64,000 nt of DNA, from contig CAZHEF010000001.1 in NCBI GenBank assembly GCA_964531645.1, forward strand, positions 227,750-291,749, given 5' to 3'. Origin of the DNA: an uncultured Clostridia bacterium (GTDB lineage: Bacteria > Acidobacteriota > Aminicenantia > JBFLYD01 > JBBIMS01). The position numbers and the translations under genes are program-made. Of the stretch, positions 1 to 9,801 are shown in pieces (the stretch's first letter is position 1; each line of letters begins with the position of its first letter). The notes under the pieces were generated by a model. The model did no database searches. It saw only the letters and a program-made list of their open reading frames with translations, and had not been told where the DNA came from.

Positions 1-230
1 TAATTTATAGCCTCTAAGAAAGCACCCATAGAATATTCAAGCCTTCTGCCTTTTTCTTGCCTTTTTTCCACTTCAATCGCATCCATAAGAAGTGCCGGGT
101 TAGCAATGAATCTATCAGCAGAACTTAAGGTTGATTCTTTTTCTAAATCCTTCCAGATATCACTCTTAAGTCCTCTAATTACAGCTGAAATTGACGATTT
201 CACCGATGAGAAAGATTGAATTACTCTCAT
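1..230 (-). CDS. hypothetical protein, N-terminal part (ATG at 228-230; C-terminus beyond window edge)
   Basis: Open minus-strand frame runs to the window edge (MRVIQSFSSVKSSISAVIRGLKSDIWKDLEKE...). I recognise no motif. Confidence 0.3.
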   Translation of the reverse strand, partial: MRVIQSFSSVKSSISAVIRGLKSDIWKDLEKESTLSSADRFIANPALLMDAIEVEKRQEKGRRLEYSMGAFLEAIN

Positions 231-249
231 TCCATATTTTTGATTCAAT

Positions 250-489
250 TCAATTATCGCAATCTCCTTTTGCTCTCTCCGAAAGAGATTTTAGCATTTC
301 TTCTGTCTCTGGCATCGCCCTGAAAAGAAATATGGGATTTGTGTTTATACTATCAAATATTACAGCAAGTCTCCTTTCCCTTAAAGGAGGTCTTGAAACA
401 TCTCTTGTCTCTTCTTTCTTTTCGTTCTCTTGCTGAAGCCCGTATAGAATGGAAATTCCGAAAATTAGAAAACATAGTAATTTTTTCAT
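250..489 (-). CDS. small secreted hypothetical protein (79 aa, N-terminal signal peptide)
   Basis: ORF with hydrophobic N-terminus MKKLLCFLIFGISILYG. No family recognised. Confidence 0.35.
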   Translation of the reverse strand: MKKLLCFLIFGISILYGLQQENEKKEETRDVSRPPLRERRLAVIFDSINTNPIFLFRAMPETEEMLKSLSERAKGDCDN

Positions 490-526
490 TTTTTCTTTTA
501 ATCATTTTCTAAATCTTTTTAGTTCT

Positions 527-1135
527 TTAAGGTTTTGAAGTTTTGAGTCGGGAGATAATTTCCTCTACAGCCTTTTTTCCTATCTCCTTCATGTTAATTG
601 TCCTCGCTTTACCTTGTTTCCGATTCTCTCCTATGAGAACAGTTTTCCCTGAAAGGTCGTGGTATAAATTTAGTGTAAAATAAAGAGTATAGGAATACTC
701 TGCATAGGGAATTGTTGCACCTGGCATTGGTTGAGCTGTAGATTCATGCAGAAGTCCTTCCGCATAGCCCGATGATGTAAACTCCATGACTTTTCCAGAA
801 ACAATCGTATCTACTGTAAGCTCTGCAATGAGTTTCTTTAGCTCTGCCTCGCTATAGTCGGCAGACCTTTTCAAACCAAGTTTTGAAAGAGCCTCCTTTA
901 CCCTTTCCTTTTCCACAACATTGAAACCTTGTTTTTTAAAAGCCTCTATTGTTGATTCCTGTAAAATTGCTCCTGAAATTGGCTCCCCTGGTGATGGTTC
1001 GAACTCCAATACAGCAATATTCTTTACCAATTTTGAATCAAATGATGGATCCATTTTCACATTGACTGAAGGAGATGAACATTGAAACAAAAATAGAGGG
1101 ATTAAGAGAATTGCTACCTTTATCTCTTTTCCCAT
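527..1135 (-). CDS. putative lipoprotein (202 aa)
   Basis: Signal peptide ending in a lipobox-like LFQC|SS. Function not recognisable. Confidence 0.55.
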   Translation of the reverse strand: MGKEIKVAILLIPLFLFQCSSPSVNVKMDPSFDSKLVKNIAVLEFEPSPGEPISGAILQESTIEAFKKQGFNVVEKERVKEALSKLGLKRSADYSEAELKKLIAELTVDTIVSGKVMEFTSSGYAEGLLHESTAQPMPGATIPYAEYSYTLYFTLNLYHDLSGKTVLIGENRKQGKARTINMKEIGKKAVEEIISRLKTSKP

Positions 1136-1415
1136 TCACACCTCCTCTTAAATTAAGAATTTAATTTCTATCTTCTCTTCAAGAAATTTCTTCCTGTGAA
1201 GTGGATTACACCTAAAAACTCCAACTTTTTCACCTCCACTCCTATTTTATCAAATTTCATGCCAGATGAAAAAACGCTCCAAAGGAGATTTTTTAAAAAA
1301 ATTGTGTCATCCAAAAAGGTCAAATGTCATTAAATTTCAATTTTGATACTTAAAATAGGAAGATTTTTATGATAAAATTTTATTTAAAGTTATAAATCAT
1401 AATCGCTTTTTAGGG

Positions 1416-2072
1416 ATGAAAACTGAGTATTTCACAAAGGAAAATATTGAAGAAAAATCTTTAAAAATGCTTAAGAAAATAGAGAGTCTTATCCCTGTTC
1501 GTAATATCTCTTTTATTCCTGAAATATCAGCTCTTGTTGTCATAGATATGCAGAAGTATTTTCTTGATAAGAAATCCCATGCTTTTATGCCCTCTGCAAT
1601 TTCTATAATCCCCCACATTAAAGAGATGTTGGAAGAGTTCTATCGGAGGGGTCTTCCGGTCATTTTTACCCAACATACAAACACCTCAGAGAATGCAGGC
1701 AGTATGGAAATCTGGTGGAGGAGCTTGATAATGGAAGGAGACCCCATGGGTGAAATTATCAATGAATTCGATATATCGAAGGGTATTGTAATAAAAAAGA
1801 CCCAGTATGATGCATTTTATAATACATCCCTTGAGGATTTGCTAAAAAATATGAATGTCAAACAACTGGTAATTTCGGGTGTTATGACAAATCTTTGTTG
1901 TGAAACCACTGCCCGTTCTGCATTTATCAGGAGGTTCGATGTTTTTTTTCCTGTGGATGGAACCGCCACATACAATGAAAATTTTCACTTTTCATCTCTT
2001 TTAAATCTCTCCTTTGGTTTCTCAGTTCCTGTTCTGGTTAAAGATATTCTGGAGAAATTGAAAAAACAGTGA
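1416..2072 (+). CDS. isochorismatase-family (cysteine) hydrolase
   Basis: VVIDMQKYF and VISGVMTNLCCETTARSA (catalytic Cys context), typical of the isochorismatase/CSHase fold. Confidence 0.8.
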   Translation: MKTEYFTKENIEEKSLKMLKKIESLIPVRNISFIPEISALVVIDMQKYFLDKKSHAFMPSAISIIPHIKEMLEEFYRRGLPVIFTQHTNTSENAGSMEIWWRSLIMEGDPMGEIINEFDISKGIVIKKTQYDAFYNTSLEDLLKNMNVKQLVISGVMTNLCCETTARSAFIRRFDVFFPVDGTATYNENFHFSSLLNLSFGFSVPVLVKDILEKLKKQ

Positions 2073-2953
2073 AGATTGAGGATGTTGTAATTATTGGCGG
2101 AGGTCCCGCAGGGATTGCAACAGCTCTGCAACTTGCTCGTTACAGGATAAATCCATTGTTAATAGAAAAAAGAAAAATAGGAGGGCTTCTTCACAATGCA
2201 TCTTCAGTGGAAAACTTTTTGGGTTTTCCTGGTGGAATTAAAGGTGAAAAATTGGTAAGACTTTTTGAAAGACAGTTGAGAGAGGCCGGGATAAGGATTT
2301 TGTTTGAAGAGGTAAGCATACTTGACTTTGAAAATGAAATCTTCAAGATTAGATCAGGAGATTTAGCCATAAAAGCTAAAATTGTAGTTATTGCCTCGGG
2401 AACCAAGCCAAAAATATTCACAGAAATTGAGATTCCTGAAGATGTTGGCAAAAGAGTGTTTTATGAAATCGCTGAAGTCAAGAGAGTAAAAAGCAAAGAT
2501 ATAATCGTGGTTGGCGCAGGAGATGCGGGGCTTGATTATAGCCTCAATCTTGCAAGAAAAAACCGTGTGATTTTAATAAGTAAAGGCGACAAAATTAAAG
2601 GTCTTCCTGTGCTTCAGGATAGGTTGAAGAATTTTCCTCAGATTAAAATTTGCAACAGGACATCCATTAAAGAAATTTATTATGATAGAGAATATCGAAA
2701 AATATTGATTAAATGCTCAAGAGAAACAGAGGAGCTTAGGTTATATGGAGATTATATAATTTTTGCTATTGGAAGAGAACCCAATATGGATTTTATAAGT
2801 GCCTCAATGATAAAGGAAGTTCAAAATCTTGAGAGAATTGGTAAGTTATATTTTGTAGGCGATGTTAAGAATGGAATATTCAGACAGACCGCTATTGCTG
2901 TGGGAGATGGAATAATGACAGCAATGAAAATTGCATTGAAAATAAAGGAGTGA
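2069..2953 (+). CDS. FAD/NAD(P)-dependent oxidoreductase, thioredoxin-reductase-like fold (no redox CxxC seen)
   Basis: N-terminal VVIIGGGPAGIATA Rossmann motif, a second IIVVGAGDAG dinucleotide motif and a C-terminal FxxGD motif. Start overlaps the upstream stop. Confidence 0.75.
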   Translation: MKIEDVVIIGGGPAGIATALQLARYRINPLLIEKRKIGGLLHNASSVENFLGFPGGIKGEKLVRLFERQLREAGIRILFEEVSILDFENEIFKIRSGDLAIKAKIVVIASGTKPKIFTEIEIPEDVGKRVFYEIAEVKRVKSKDIIVVGAGDAGLDYSLNLARKNRVILISKGDKIKGLPVLQDRLKNFPQIKICNRTSIKEIYYDREYRKILIKCSRETEELRLYGDYIIFAIGREPNMDFISASMIKEVQNLERIGKLYFVGDVKNGIFRQTAIAVGDGIMTAMKIALKIKE

Positions 2954-2957
2954 AGAT

Positions 2958-3902
2958 ATGCAAATTTTATGTTTTTCAGGTAGAGAGGATATTGCGGTTG
3001 TTTACATTGGAAAATTTAAAGAAGAAAGGCTTGTTGAGTTTGCAGAATCCCTTGAGCCTCCTTATCCCATAGAAAAGAAATGGGTCCTTACAATATCTAC
3101 CATGTTTGGCTGTGTGATAAAATGTCTCATGTGTGATGCAGGAAGTTTTTACAGAGGCAAACTTTCAAAGGGTGAAATTCTTTCTCAGATTGATTTTCTT
3201 GTGAATAAAAGATTTCGAGGGGAAAAGATCCCGGTTGAAAAGTTCAAAATTCAGTTTTCCCGATTGGGAGAGCCATCATTAAATTCCGCTGTTCTTGATG
3301 TTCTCGCCGAACTTCCTTATCTCTATAAAGCTAATGGTCTTATCCCATCCATATCTACAATTGCACCCTATGGAACGAATAGATTCTTTGATACCCTTTT
3401 TGAAATAAAGGAATCGTTTTTTAAAGGTGGAAAGTTCCAACTTCAATTTTCCATTCACACAACAGACGAGAAACTAAGAAACCTTTTAGTTCCTGTCAAA
3501 AAATGGAGCTTTGAAGAGATTGCAAATTATGGAGAAAAATTCTACAAGAAAGGTGATAGAAAGATAACACTGAATTTTGCCATGGCAAAAGGAATGCCTG
3601 TTGAAAGTGATGTTCTTTTGAAATTCTTTGACCCCAAAAAATTTCTGATTAAGATTACTCCTCTTAACCCAACATATAAATCCTTAGAAAATGGTCTCAT
3701 CTCTTATATTGACCCTTATAAAAAGGATAAATATGAAGTAATTGACACTCTTCGCTCGTCGGGATACGAGGTTATTGTTAGCATTGGTGAGCCCGAAGAA
3801 AACATGATTGGAAGCAACTGCGGACAGAATCTGATAAAGCATTTGAGAGAAAAAAAAGAAATTCCTGATGGATATAAGTATGAAGTTATTTTAGTTGATT
3901 GA
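2958..3902 (+). CDS. radical SAM domain protein
   Basis: CxxxCxxC cluster motif (GCVIKCLMCD). Third gene of a tightly packed operon. Confidence 0.65.
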   Translation: MQILCFSGREDIAVVYIGKFKEERLVEFAESLEPPYPIEKKWVLTISTMFGCVIKCLMCDAGSFYRGKLSKGEILSQIDFLVNKRFRGEKIPVEKFKIQFSRLGEPSLNSAVLDVLAELPYLYKANGLIPSISTIAPYGTNRFFDTLFEIKESFFKGGKFQLQFSIHTTDEKLRNLLVPVKKWSFEEIANYGEKFYKKGDRKITLNFAMAKGMPVESDVLLKFFDPKKFLIKITPLNPTYKSLENGLISYIDPYKKDKYEVIDTLRSSGYEVIVSIGEPEENMIGSNCGQNLIKHLREKKEIPDGYKYEVILVD

Positions 3903-3924
3903 TTCGGGACTCTATTTTTGTTGT

Positions 3925-6768
3925 CTACTTTACTGCAGAAAATATTGCATCATGAACCCTAGGTCTTACTTCCCTTATCTTTTGGTTTTCCCTTGTTGGA
4001 TGAACTCTGTTGTTGAGAAAGACAACAAAAATATCCTTTTCAGGGTCTATCCATATTGATGTCCCAGTAAATCCGGTGTGTCCGAAGGCTTTTGAGGAAA
4101 CGAATCTTCCCGCACTACTTCCTTCTTTTGATGGGGTATCCCATCCAATCGCTCTCGTGCTTTCAGGGATATCTACCTTTTTAGTGAAATATTCTATGGT
4201 GCCTCTCTTCAGAATCCTTTTCCCATCAAATACTCCTCCATTCAGGAGGAGCTGACAAAATTTTGCAAGGTCTTGAACAGTGCTGAAGAGTCCTGCATGA
4301 CCTGAAACTCCTCCCATTGCATAAGCATTCTCATCATGAACTTCTCCATGGACAATTCTTTTTCTCCACGGGTCATTCTCTGTTGGAGCAATCCTTTGAA
4401 TTAGATTTTTTGGAGGATTGAACATAGTGTCTTTCATTCCGAGGGGCTGGAAAAGGATTCTATTTATGTAATTTTCAAGGCTTTCTCCCGTCAATTTTTC
4501 AATTATCACTCCAAGAAGGATGAAACCAAGGTCGGAATAAACAGATTTTGTTCCAGGTTCATATTCGAGGTCTTCCTCGCAAATTTTCTTTATTATATTC
4601 TCTTTCCCTTTGGTCTCAAGGAAATATCTCTTGTAAGCAGGGAGACCTGAGGAATGGGTGAGAAGATGCCAGATTGTAATTTTGTCTTTCCCCTTTACTC
4701 CAAATTCAGGGATAAAAGAAGGAACTTTAAAATCAAGTTTTAATTTTCCTTCTTCCCATAGTTTCATGCAGGCGGTTGTTGCGACTATTACCTTTGTAAG
4801 GGATGCAAGGTCGTAAATTGTATCAATTTTTACTGGGCTTGAATTTTCCTCATAACTTAATTTTCCTAATCCCTTTATAAGGAATAAACCGCCTTTTCTT
4901 CCAACTGCAATAGTTGCTCCAGGGAGTGCTTTGTCTTTTATTGATTCTTCAATTATTTTGTTAACATTTTCAATCATATCTCCAGATACTCCCGCATCAT
5001 CTGGACTTACAATTTTCAAAGAGGTGTTCACTTTCGGAGAAAAGATTCCATCTCCGATTTTAAAGAGACCAGGAACAGAGACCGGGGATTTCCCTTTTAT
5101 ATCAGTTAAACCAAATATTGCTCTTGCGCCAGCCCTTTGAAGTATCTCAGAATAACCGTAGGCACAGAGATAGTTTCTTATTTCAGGGAATTGTCTTACT
5201 ATGTAAGGATTAGAAAACGCAATTGCTGTAAAAGGTTTCTTCTGAATTGAAAGCAATTTTATAAAATCTGAAAGTTCCTGAGGAAGGGCAATTGTATCTT
5301 TCAATGCAGTAGTTCTAACAAAAATTCCTGCAACAGTTGCATCATACTCATTTAATTTTTCAAGAATAGAGAGCAATTTTCCCTTGTCTGTTTCAGTATG
5401 GATAATCTTTGTCTCACACTTATCATAAATCTTTTTGCATTCGTTCAGGAATGGCGAAGGAAGGGAAGGATTATCTTCATCGATTATTGCGAGGGCTAAG
5501 ATTTTCCCTTGTCCTCTCGGATCAATCGGAACCGCATTGTCATAATTTCTAAGAAGGGTTATGGAATCACTGGCAATCTTTTCTGCCTTTTCAATATTGG
5601 ATGGGTCTGCAAGGATTTTATTCAAGCTTTCAATATTTGAAAACCTTTTTTTGTGAATTCCAAGCCATGCTTTTGCAGAAAGAATCCTTCTGACAGACTC
5701 GTCAATCCTCTTTTCCGTTAAAATACCTTTTTTCAGGGCATCCTTTATTGCTTCTATGGCTGAAAGAGGTGCTGGAGGAATTAAGACCATGTCAACACCC
5801 GCCACAATTGCCTTTATAGCTGCATCTCCTATCCAGTAATTTTTTGTGATTCCACCCATATCCATGGCATCAGTAACCACAACACCTTTGAAACCGATTT
5901 CCTTTCTCAGAATTTCATTTATAATTTTTTCTGAAAGAGTTGATGGTATGTTATCGTCGATCCCAGGAAGAGCTATGTGGGCTGTCATTATTGCTTTCAC
6001 ACCTGTTTTTATTGCTGATTTAAAAGGATAAAGTTCAACTTTTTCGAGTCTTTCTCTGTTGGCGGGAATGAATGCGAGGGTTGTGTGGGAGTCAAGGGAT
6101 GTGTCACCATGACCTGGAAAGTGCTTTGCTGTTGCAATGAGTTTATCGTCCTGACAACCTTTTATAAATGCAACTCCTAACTTTGCCACAAGCTCAGGGT
6201 CCTCACCAAAAGCTCTTATGTTTATTATTGGATTGTCGGGATTTGAGTTTACATCCACAACAGGGGCAAATGTCCAGTTGATTCCAACAGCTCTTGCCTC
6301 AAGAGCAGTTATTTTCCCCTGGAAGTATGCATATTCCTCTGAACCCGTTGCTCCTATTGCCATTAGAAACGGAAAAGAGACCGCACTTGTGAGCTGATTT
6401 CCTGTTCCCCTTTCAAGGTCAGATGCAATGAAAAGAGGGAATTTAGCAATTCTTTGAAGCTCATTTATCAAAACGCTCGCTTCAAAAATCTCTCCACCAA
6501 ACATTATTAAACCGCCAACATTGCGATACTTTACCAAGTTAGAGAGCTCTTTGAAATATTCGCTTTTCAGATTTACAAATCTTCCTGAAAATGGAATCAT
6601 TATGAGCTGTCCAATCTTTTCATCCAGAGTCATTCCTTTCAAAGTTTTCTCTACCCACTCTCTATCACTCTCTGAGAGTTGAAAGTATTTTTCCTGCGAT
6701 GTAAGAAAGGAATTGAAAATTAAAAATACTGAAAGGATGATGAGGGACGGAATAAAAGATTTTTTCAT
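3925..6768 (-). CDS. periplasmic GH3 beta-N-acetylhexosaminidase (NagZ-like) fused to a class-C beta-lactamase/PBP-like serine hydrolase
   Basis: Signal peptide. KHFPGHGDTSLDSHT (GH3/NagZ catalytic motif). C-terminal half has SxxK (ASLTKV), YSD and HTG motifs. Confidence 0.8.
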   Translation of the reverse strand: MKKSFIPSLIILSVFLIFNSFLTSQEKYFQLSESDREWVEKTLKGMTLDEKIGQLIMIPFSGRFVNLKSEYFKELSNLVKYRNVGGLIMFGGEIFEASVLINELQRIAKFPLFIASDLERGTGNQLTSAVSFPFLMAIGATGSEEYAYFQGKITALEARAVGINWTFAPVVDVNSNPDNPIINIRAFGEDPELVAKLGVAFIKGCQDDKLIATAKHFPGHGDTSLDSHTTLAFIPANRERLEKVELYPFKSAIKTGVKAIMTAHIALPGIDDNIPSTLSEKIINEILRKEIGFKGVVVTDAMDMGGITKNYWIGDAAIKAIVAGVDMVLIPPAPLSAIEAIKDALKKGILTEKRIDESVRRILSAKAWLGIHKKRFSNIESLNKILADPSNIEKAEKIASDSITLLRNYDNAVPIDPRGQGKILALAIIDEDNPSLPSPFLNECKKIYDKCETKIIHTETDKGKLLSILEKLNEYDATVAGIFVRTTALKDTIALPQELSDFIKLLSIQKKPFTAIAFSNPYIVRQFPEIRNYLCAYGYSEILQRAGARAIFGLTDIKGKSPVSVPGLFKIGDGIFSPKVNTSLKIVSPDDAGVSGDMIENVNKIIEESIKDKALPGATIAVGRKGGLFLIKGLGKLSYEENSSPVKIDTIYDLASLTKVIVATTACMKLWEEGKLKLDFKVPSFIPEFGVKGKDKITIWHLLTHSSGLPAYKRYFLETKGKENIIKKICEEDLEYEPGTKSVYSDLGFILLGVIIEKLTGESLENYINRILFQPLGMKDTMFNPPKNLIQRIAPTENDPWRKRIVHGEVHDENAYAMGGVSGHAGLFSTVQDLAKFCQLLLNGGVFDGKRILKRGTIEYFTKKVDIPESTRAIGWDTPSKEGSSAGRFVSSKAFGHTGFTGTSIWIDPEKDIFVVFLNNRVHPTRENQKIREVRPRVHDAIFSAVK

Positions 6769-6769
6769 T

Positions 6770-7897
6770 TTATACCTCCAGGAATTTTAAATAATTTTCC
6801 GTTGATTTTAATCCATGCCCTGTTAAAGGAATAACGACAATCTCACTATTTTTCATTTTATATTTTTTAAAACCTGCAATTGCAGTTGCAGAGGTTGGCT
6901 CAATATAAATCCCTTTTCTTGAAAGCTCAAAGGCGGACTCTAAAATTTCTTCCTCCTTTACAACAATGACATCGCCATCTGTTTCTTTTATTATCCTGAA
7001 AATATTCTGCCATCTTGCTGGTTTTGCAACTGCAATCCCCTCTGCAATTGTTTTTTTCGTTTCTATTTCTGGTATCTCTTTAAGATTTTCTTTAAAAATT
7101 CTATATATGGGAGAGCAATTTTCAGCCTGTATAGCGACAAAACGAGGTATTCTTCTAATAAGTCCTGAATCCAAAAGCTCTTTGAAGCCGATGTAAGCAC
7201 CTATTAACAATGTTCCATTTCCAACGGGTAAAATAATTGTATCAGGTTCTTTTAAGCCCAATTGTTCCCATATTTCGTAGGAGAAAGTTTTTGTTCCCTG
7301 AAAAAAGAAGGGATTCCAGACATGGCTTGCATAGTAAGAATTATCAGCTGATCGAAGTGCTGATTCTCTTACATCATCTCTTGTTCCTGGAACTATATTA
7401 ATTTTTGCTCCGTAAGCTCTGATTTGAGATATTTTAGATGGAGATGCATTTTCTGGAACAAATATCTCGCATTCAATTCCTGCTCTTGCACAGTACGCGG
7501 ATATCGCACAACCTGCATTCCCAGACGAGTCTTCAACAATCTTTTTTATCCCCAGTTCTTTCAATTTGCTTACAAGAACAGTTGCTCCTCTATCTTTGAA
7601 AGAACCTGTAGGAAAAAGAAAATCAAGTTTTGCAAAGAATTCTTTCCGAGATATTTCAAATTTTATCAATGGGGTAAAATCCTCTTCAAAGGATACAATA
7701 TTTTCATCTTTTTCAATGGGTATAAAATCTCTGTATCTCCAGAGGGATCTTTTCTCTTTTATTTTTGCAGGTTCAATCTTTCCTTTAAACTCTATATCAA
7801 GAAAAGACCCGCACTCACATTTCCAGATGGGTTGAGATAGGGGATATTCTGCATTACAACTTTTACAAAAGAATCTGAAAAAGAATTCATTTTTCAT
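6770..7897 (-). CDS. thrC: threonine synthase (archaeal-type, N-terminal Zn ribbon)
   Basis: N-terminal Cys-pair ribbon CKSC...CECGS. PLP lysine motif SFKDRG. Confidence 0.8.
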   Translation of the reverse strand: MKNEFFFRFFCKSCNAEYPLSQPIWKCECGSFLDIEFKGKIEPAKIKEKRSLWRYRDFIPIEKDENIVSFEEDFTPLIKFEISRKEFFAKLDFLFPTGSFKDRGATVLVSKLKELGIKKIVEDSSGNAGCAISAYCARAGIECEIFVPENASPSKISQIRAYGAKINIVPGTRDDVRESALRSADNSYYASHVWNPFFFQGTKTFSYEIWEQLGLKEPDTIILPVGNGTLLIGAYIGFKELLDSGLIRRIPRFVAIQAENCSPIYRIFKENLKEIPEIETKKTIAEGIAVAKPARWQNIFRIIKETDGDVIVVKEEEILESAFELSRKGIYIEPTSATAIAGFKKYKMKNSEIVVIPLTGHGLKSTENYLKFLEV

Positions 7898-8279
7898 GGG
7901 GTATAACTGCTATTGCCTCTATTTCAATCTGAAAGCCATGATGAAGTTCCTTTGCAGAGACAACAGAACGGGCTGGCTTGTGTGCCCCAAAAAACTCTGA
8001 ATAAACTTTGTTAGCTCTATCCCAGAGCCCAATATCTGAGATATAAACAGTTGTTTTTAAAACATATTTTAAGTCTGAGCCAGCGGAAATCAATATCTCT
8101 TTTACATTTTTCAATACCTGAAGGGTTTGCTCTTCTATGGAGCCTATTTTCTTTTCTCCTGTTAAAGGGTCTATGGGCAACTGGCCGGAAATAAAAATTA
8201 AATTACCGTAAATTATCCCCTGGGAATAATGCCCTGCTGGCTTCGGAGCTTTCTCACTAAAAACTTTCTTAATTTTCAT
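7887..8279 (-). CDS. ridA: RidA/YjgF-family enamine/imine deaminase
   Basis: 130 aa. APKPAGHYSQGI...SGQLP RidA signature region. Overlaps the thrC start by 11 nt. Confidence 0.85.
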   Translation of the reverse strand: MKIKKVFSEKAPKPAGHYSQGIIYGNLIFISGQLPIDPLTGEKKIGSIEEQTLQVLKNVKEILISAGSDLKYVLKTTVYISDIGLWDRANKVYSEFFGAHKPARSVVSAKELHHGFQIEIEAIAVIPHEK

Positions 8280-8402
8280 AGCAATATTTTACTTTAAAAA
8301 ATCATGAATTTCTATTTAAAGACTAATATTTAGGCTTTCAATTTTTTGCAAGATTATCAACTAACTTTAATTTTTGGCTTTCTTCCTTTAAAATTTAATC
8401 TG

Positions 8403-9752
8403 ATGGGGTACAAGAGGGTGGCTATAATAGGTCTTCCAAATGTTGGGAAGTCCACACTTTTTAATAGGATTATAAAAAAAAGAAAGGCTCTTATTCACTC
8501 CCTTGAAGGGATGACCAGGGACTCCATAAGGGAGATCGCAAGCTGGAAGGGTGTGGAATTCGAGCTTATTGATACAGGAGGGCTCTGGGACTCTAATGAT
8601 GTAATTCTAAATAAGGTCAAGAAAAAAGCAATGGAGGAAGCCCTTAACTCAGACCTTTCCCTTTTCCTTCTTGACGTAAGAAGACCAATAACTCCGTATG
8701 AGGAAGGATTATTCAGAGAGATAAAAAGGAAGAATAAGGATGTTTTAGTTGTTCTTAATAAAGTGGATTCGCCTCATCAAGATATCTCGGTTTCTGAATA
8801 TTGTAGATTGGGAGTTGATAAAGTCTTTCCTGTATCAGCTGAGCATGGTTTGAAGATAAGTGAGCTCCTTGATGAAATTATTAAAAGAATTGGAAAGAGT
8901 AGCCAGCCTAAGATGGGGAAAGTAGAATTAAAGCTTGCAATTGTTGGAAAGGCAAATGTTGGAAAGTCGTCTATAATAAATAAGATTCTCGGTTATGATA
9001 GATTGATTGTTTCAGAAATACCAGGAACAACAAGGGATACTGTTGACACTCTTGTCATAAGAAATAAAATCCCCATTCTTCTTCTTGACACTGCTGGTAT
9101 TAGAAAACTCGGTAAAATAAAGGATGGAAGAGAAGCTGCATCTGTTATAAGGTCAGCGAAAGTTATTGAAAATGCTGATGTGGTCTGCCTTGTGATTGAT
9201 GGAACTGAGGGGCTCCGGAAAAATGATATTTTTATAGCAAGATTGATAAATAAAGCTTACAAACCAATGCTGATAGCTATAAATAAATGGGACCTCATAA
9301 AGTCCAAGGATATTTATCCCACTCAGTTCGGCAATGTAATAAAATCCCGTTATCCTTTTCTTGATTCTGTTCCGAAAATATATGTGTCTGCAGTAACAGG
9401 AAAGAATATTTTGAGAATTTTAGATGAGGCAATTGAATTGAAGAACAAAGCGATGAAAGAGATTCCAGCCAGCGAACTTGAAAATTTTAGAAAAGAGATA
9501 GAAGAAAGCCCTATAACCACTGATGATGGAAAAATTGTTGATATAAGGAAGATTTTTCATGTCCCGGGAATACCACCCAAATTTTTGCTTCTAACCTTTT
9601 CAGGCAAAAGATTGAACAAGTCTTGGGAATCATGGCTGAGAAAAAAGATTACTGAAAAATTTGAATTGAGGGGGATTTTATTTAAGATGGTTTTGAGGAA
9701 AAGGATAAAAAGAGGAAATAAAAATAAACTCGAAACTTTTAAATTTTCCTGA
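8403..9752 (+). CDS. der: ribosome-biogenesis GTPase Der (EngA), tandem GTPase domains
   Basis: Two G1 motifs, GLPNVGKSTLFN and GKANVGKSSIIN, with DTGG/DTAG and NKxD motifs. ORF-track start is 8346; I prefer the internal ATG at 8403. Confidence 0.9.
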   Translation: MGYKRVAIIGLPNVGKSTLFNRIIKKRKALIHSLEGMTRDSIREIASWKGVEFELIDTGGLWDSNDVILNKVKKKAMEEALNSDLSLFLLDVRRPITPYEEGLFREIKRKNKDVLVVLNKVDSPHQDISVSEYCRLGVDKVFPVSAEHGLKISELLDEIIKRIGKSSQPKMGKVELKLAIVGKANVGKSSIINKILGYDRLIVSEIPGTTRDTVDTLVIRNKIPILLLDTAGIRKLGKIKDGREAASVIRSAKVIENADVVCLVIDGTEGLRKNDIFIARLINKAYKPMLIAINKWDLIKSKDIYPTQFGNVIKSRYPFLDSVPKIYVSAVTGKNILRILDEAIELKNKAMKEIPASELENFRKEIEESPITTDDGKIVDIRKIFHVPGIPPKFLLLTFSGKRLNKSWESWLRKKITEKFELRGILFKMVLRKRIKRGNKNKLETFKFS

Positions 9753-9801
9753 AGGTATTAATTATTAAGTAAATATATAAGTAAATATAGAGGAGGTCGC
9801 C

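Noticed and set aside
985-1000. tRNA T-arm-like string GGTTCGAACTCC
   Set aside because: It lies inside the lipoprotein CDS, and I could form no complementary acceptor or T stem around it, so it is a chance match.
9766-9789. Tandem direct repeat AAGTAAATATA x2 just upstream of the 9802 ORF
   Set aside because: Only two 11-12-bp copies in AT-rich intergenic DNA. It is too short for a CRISPR or regulatory call, and the GGAGG RBS follows immediately.
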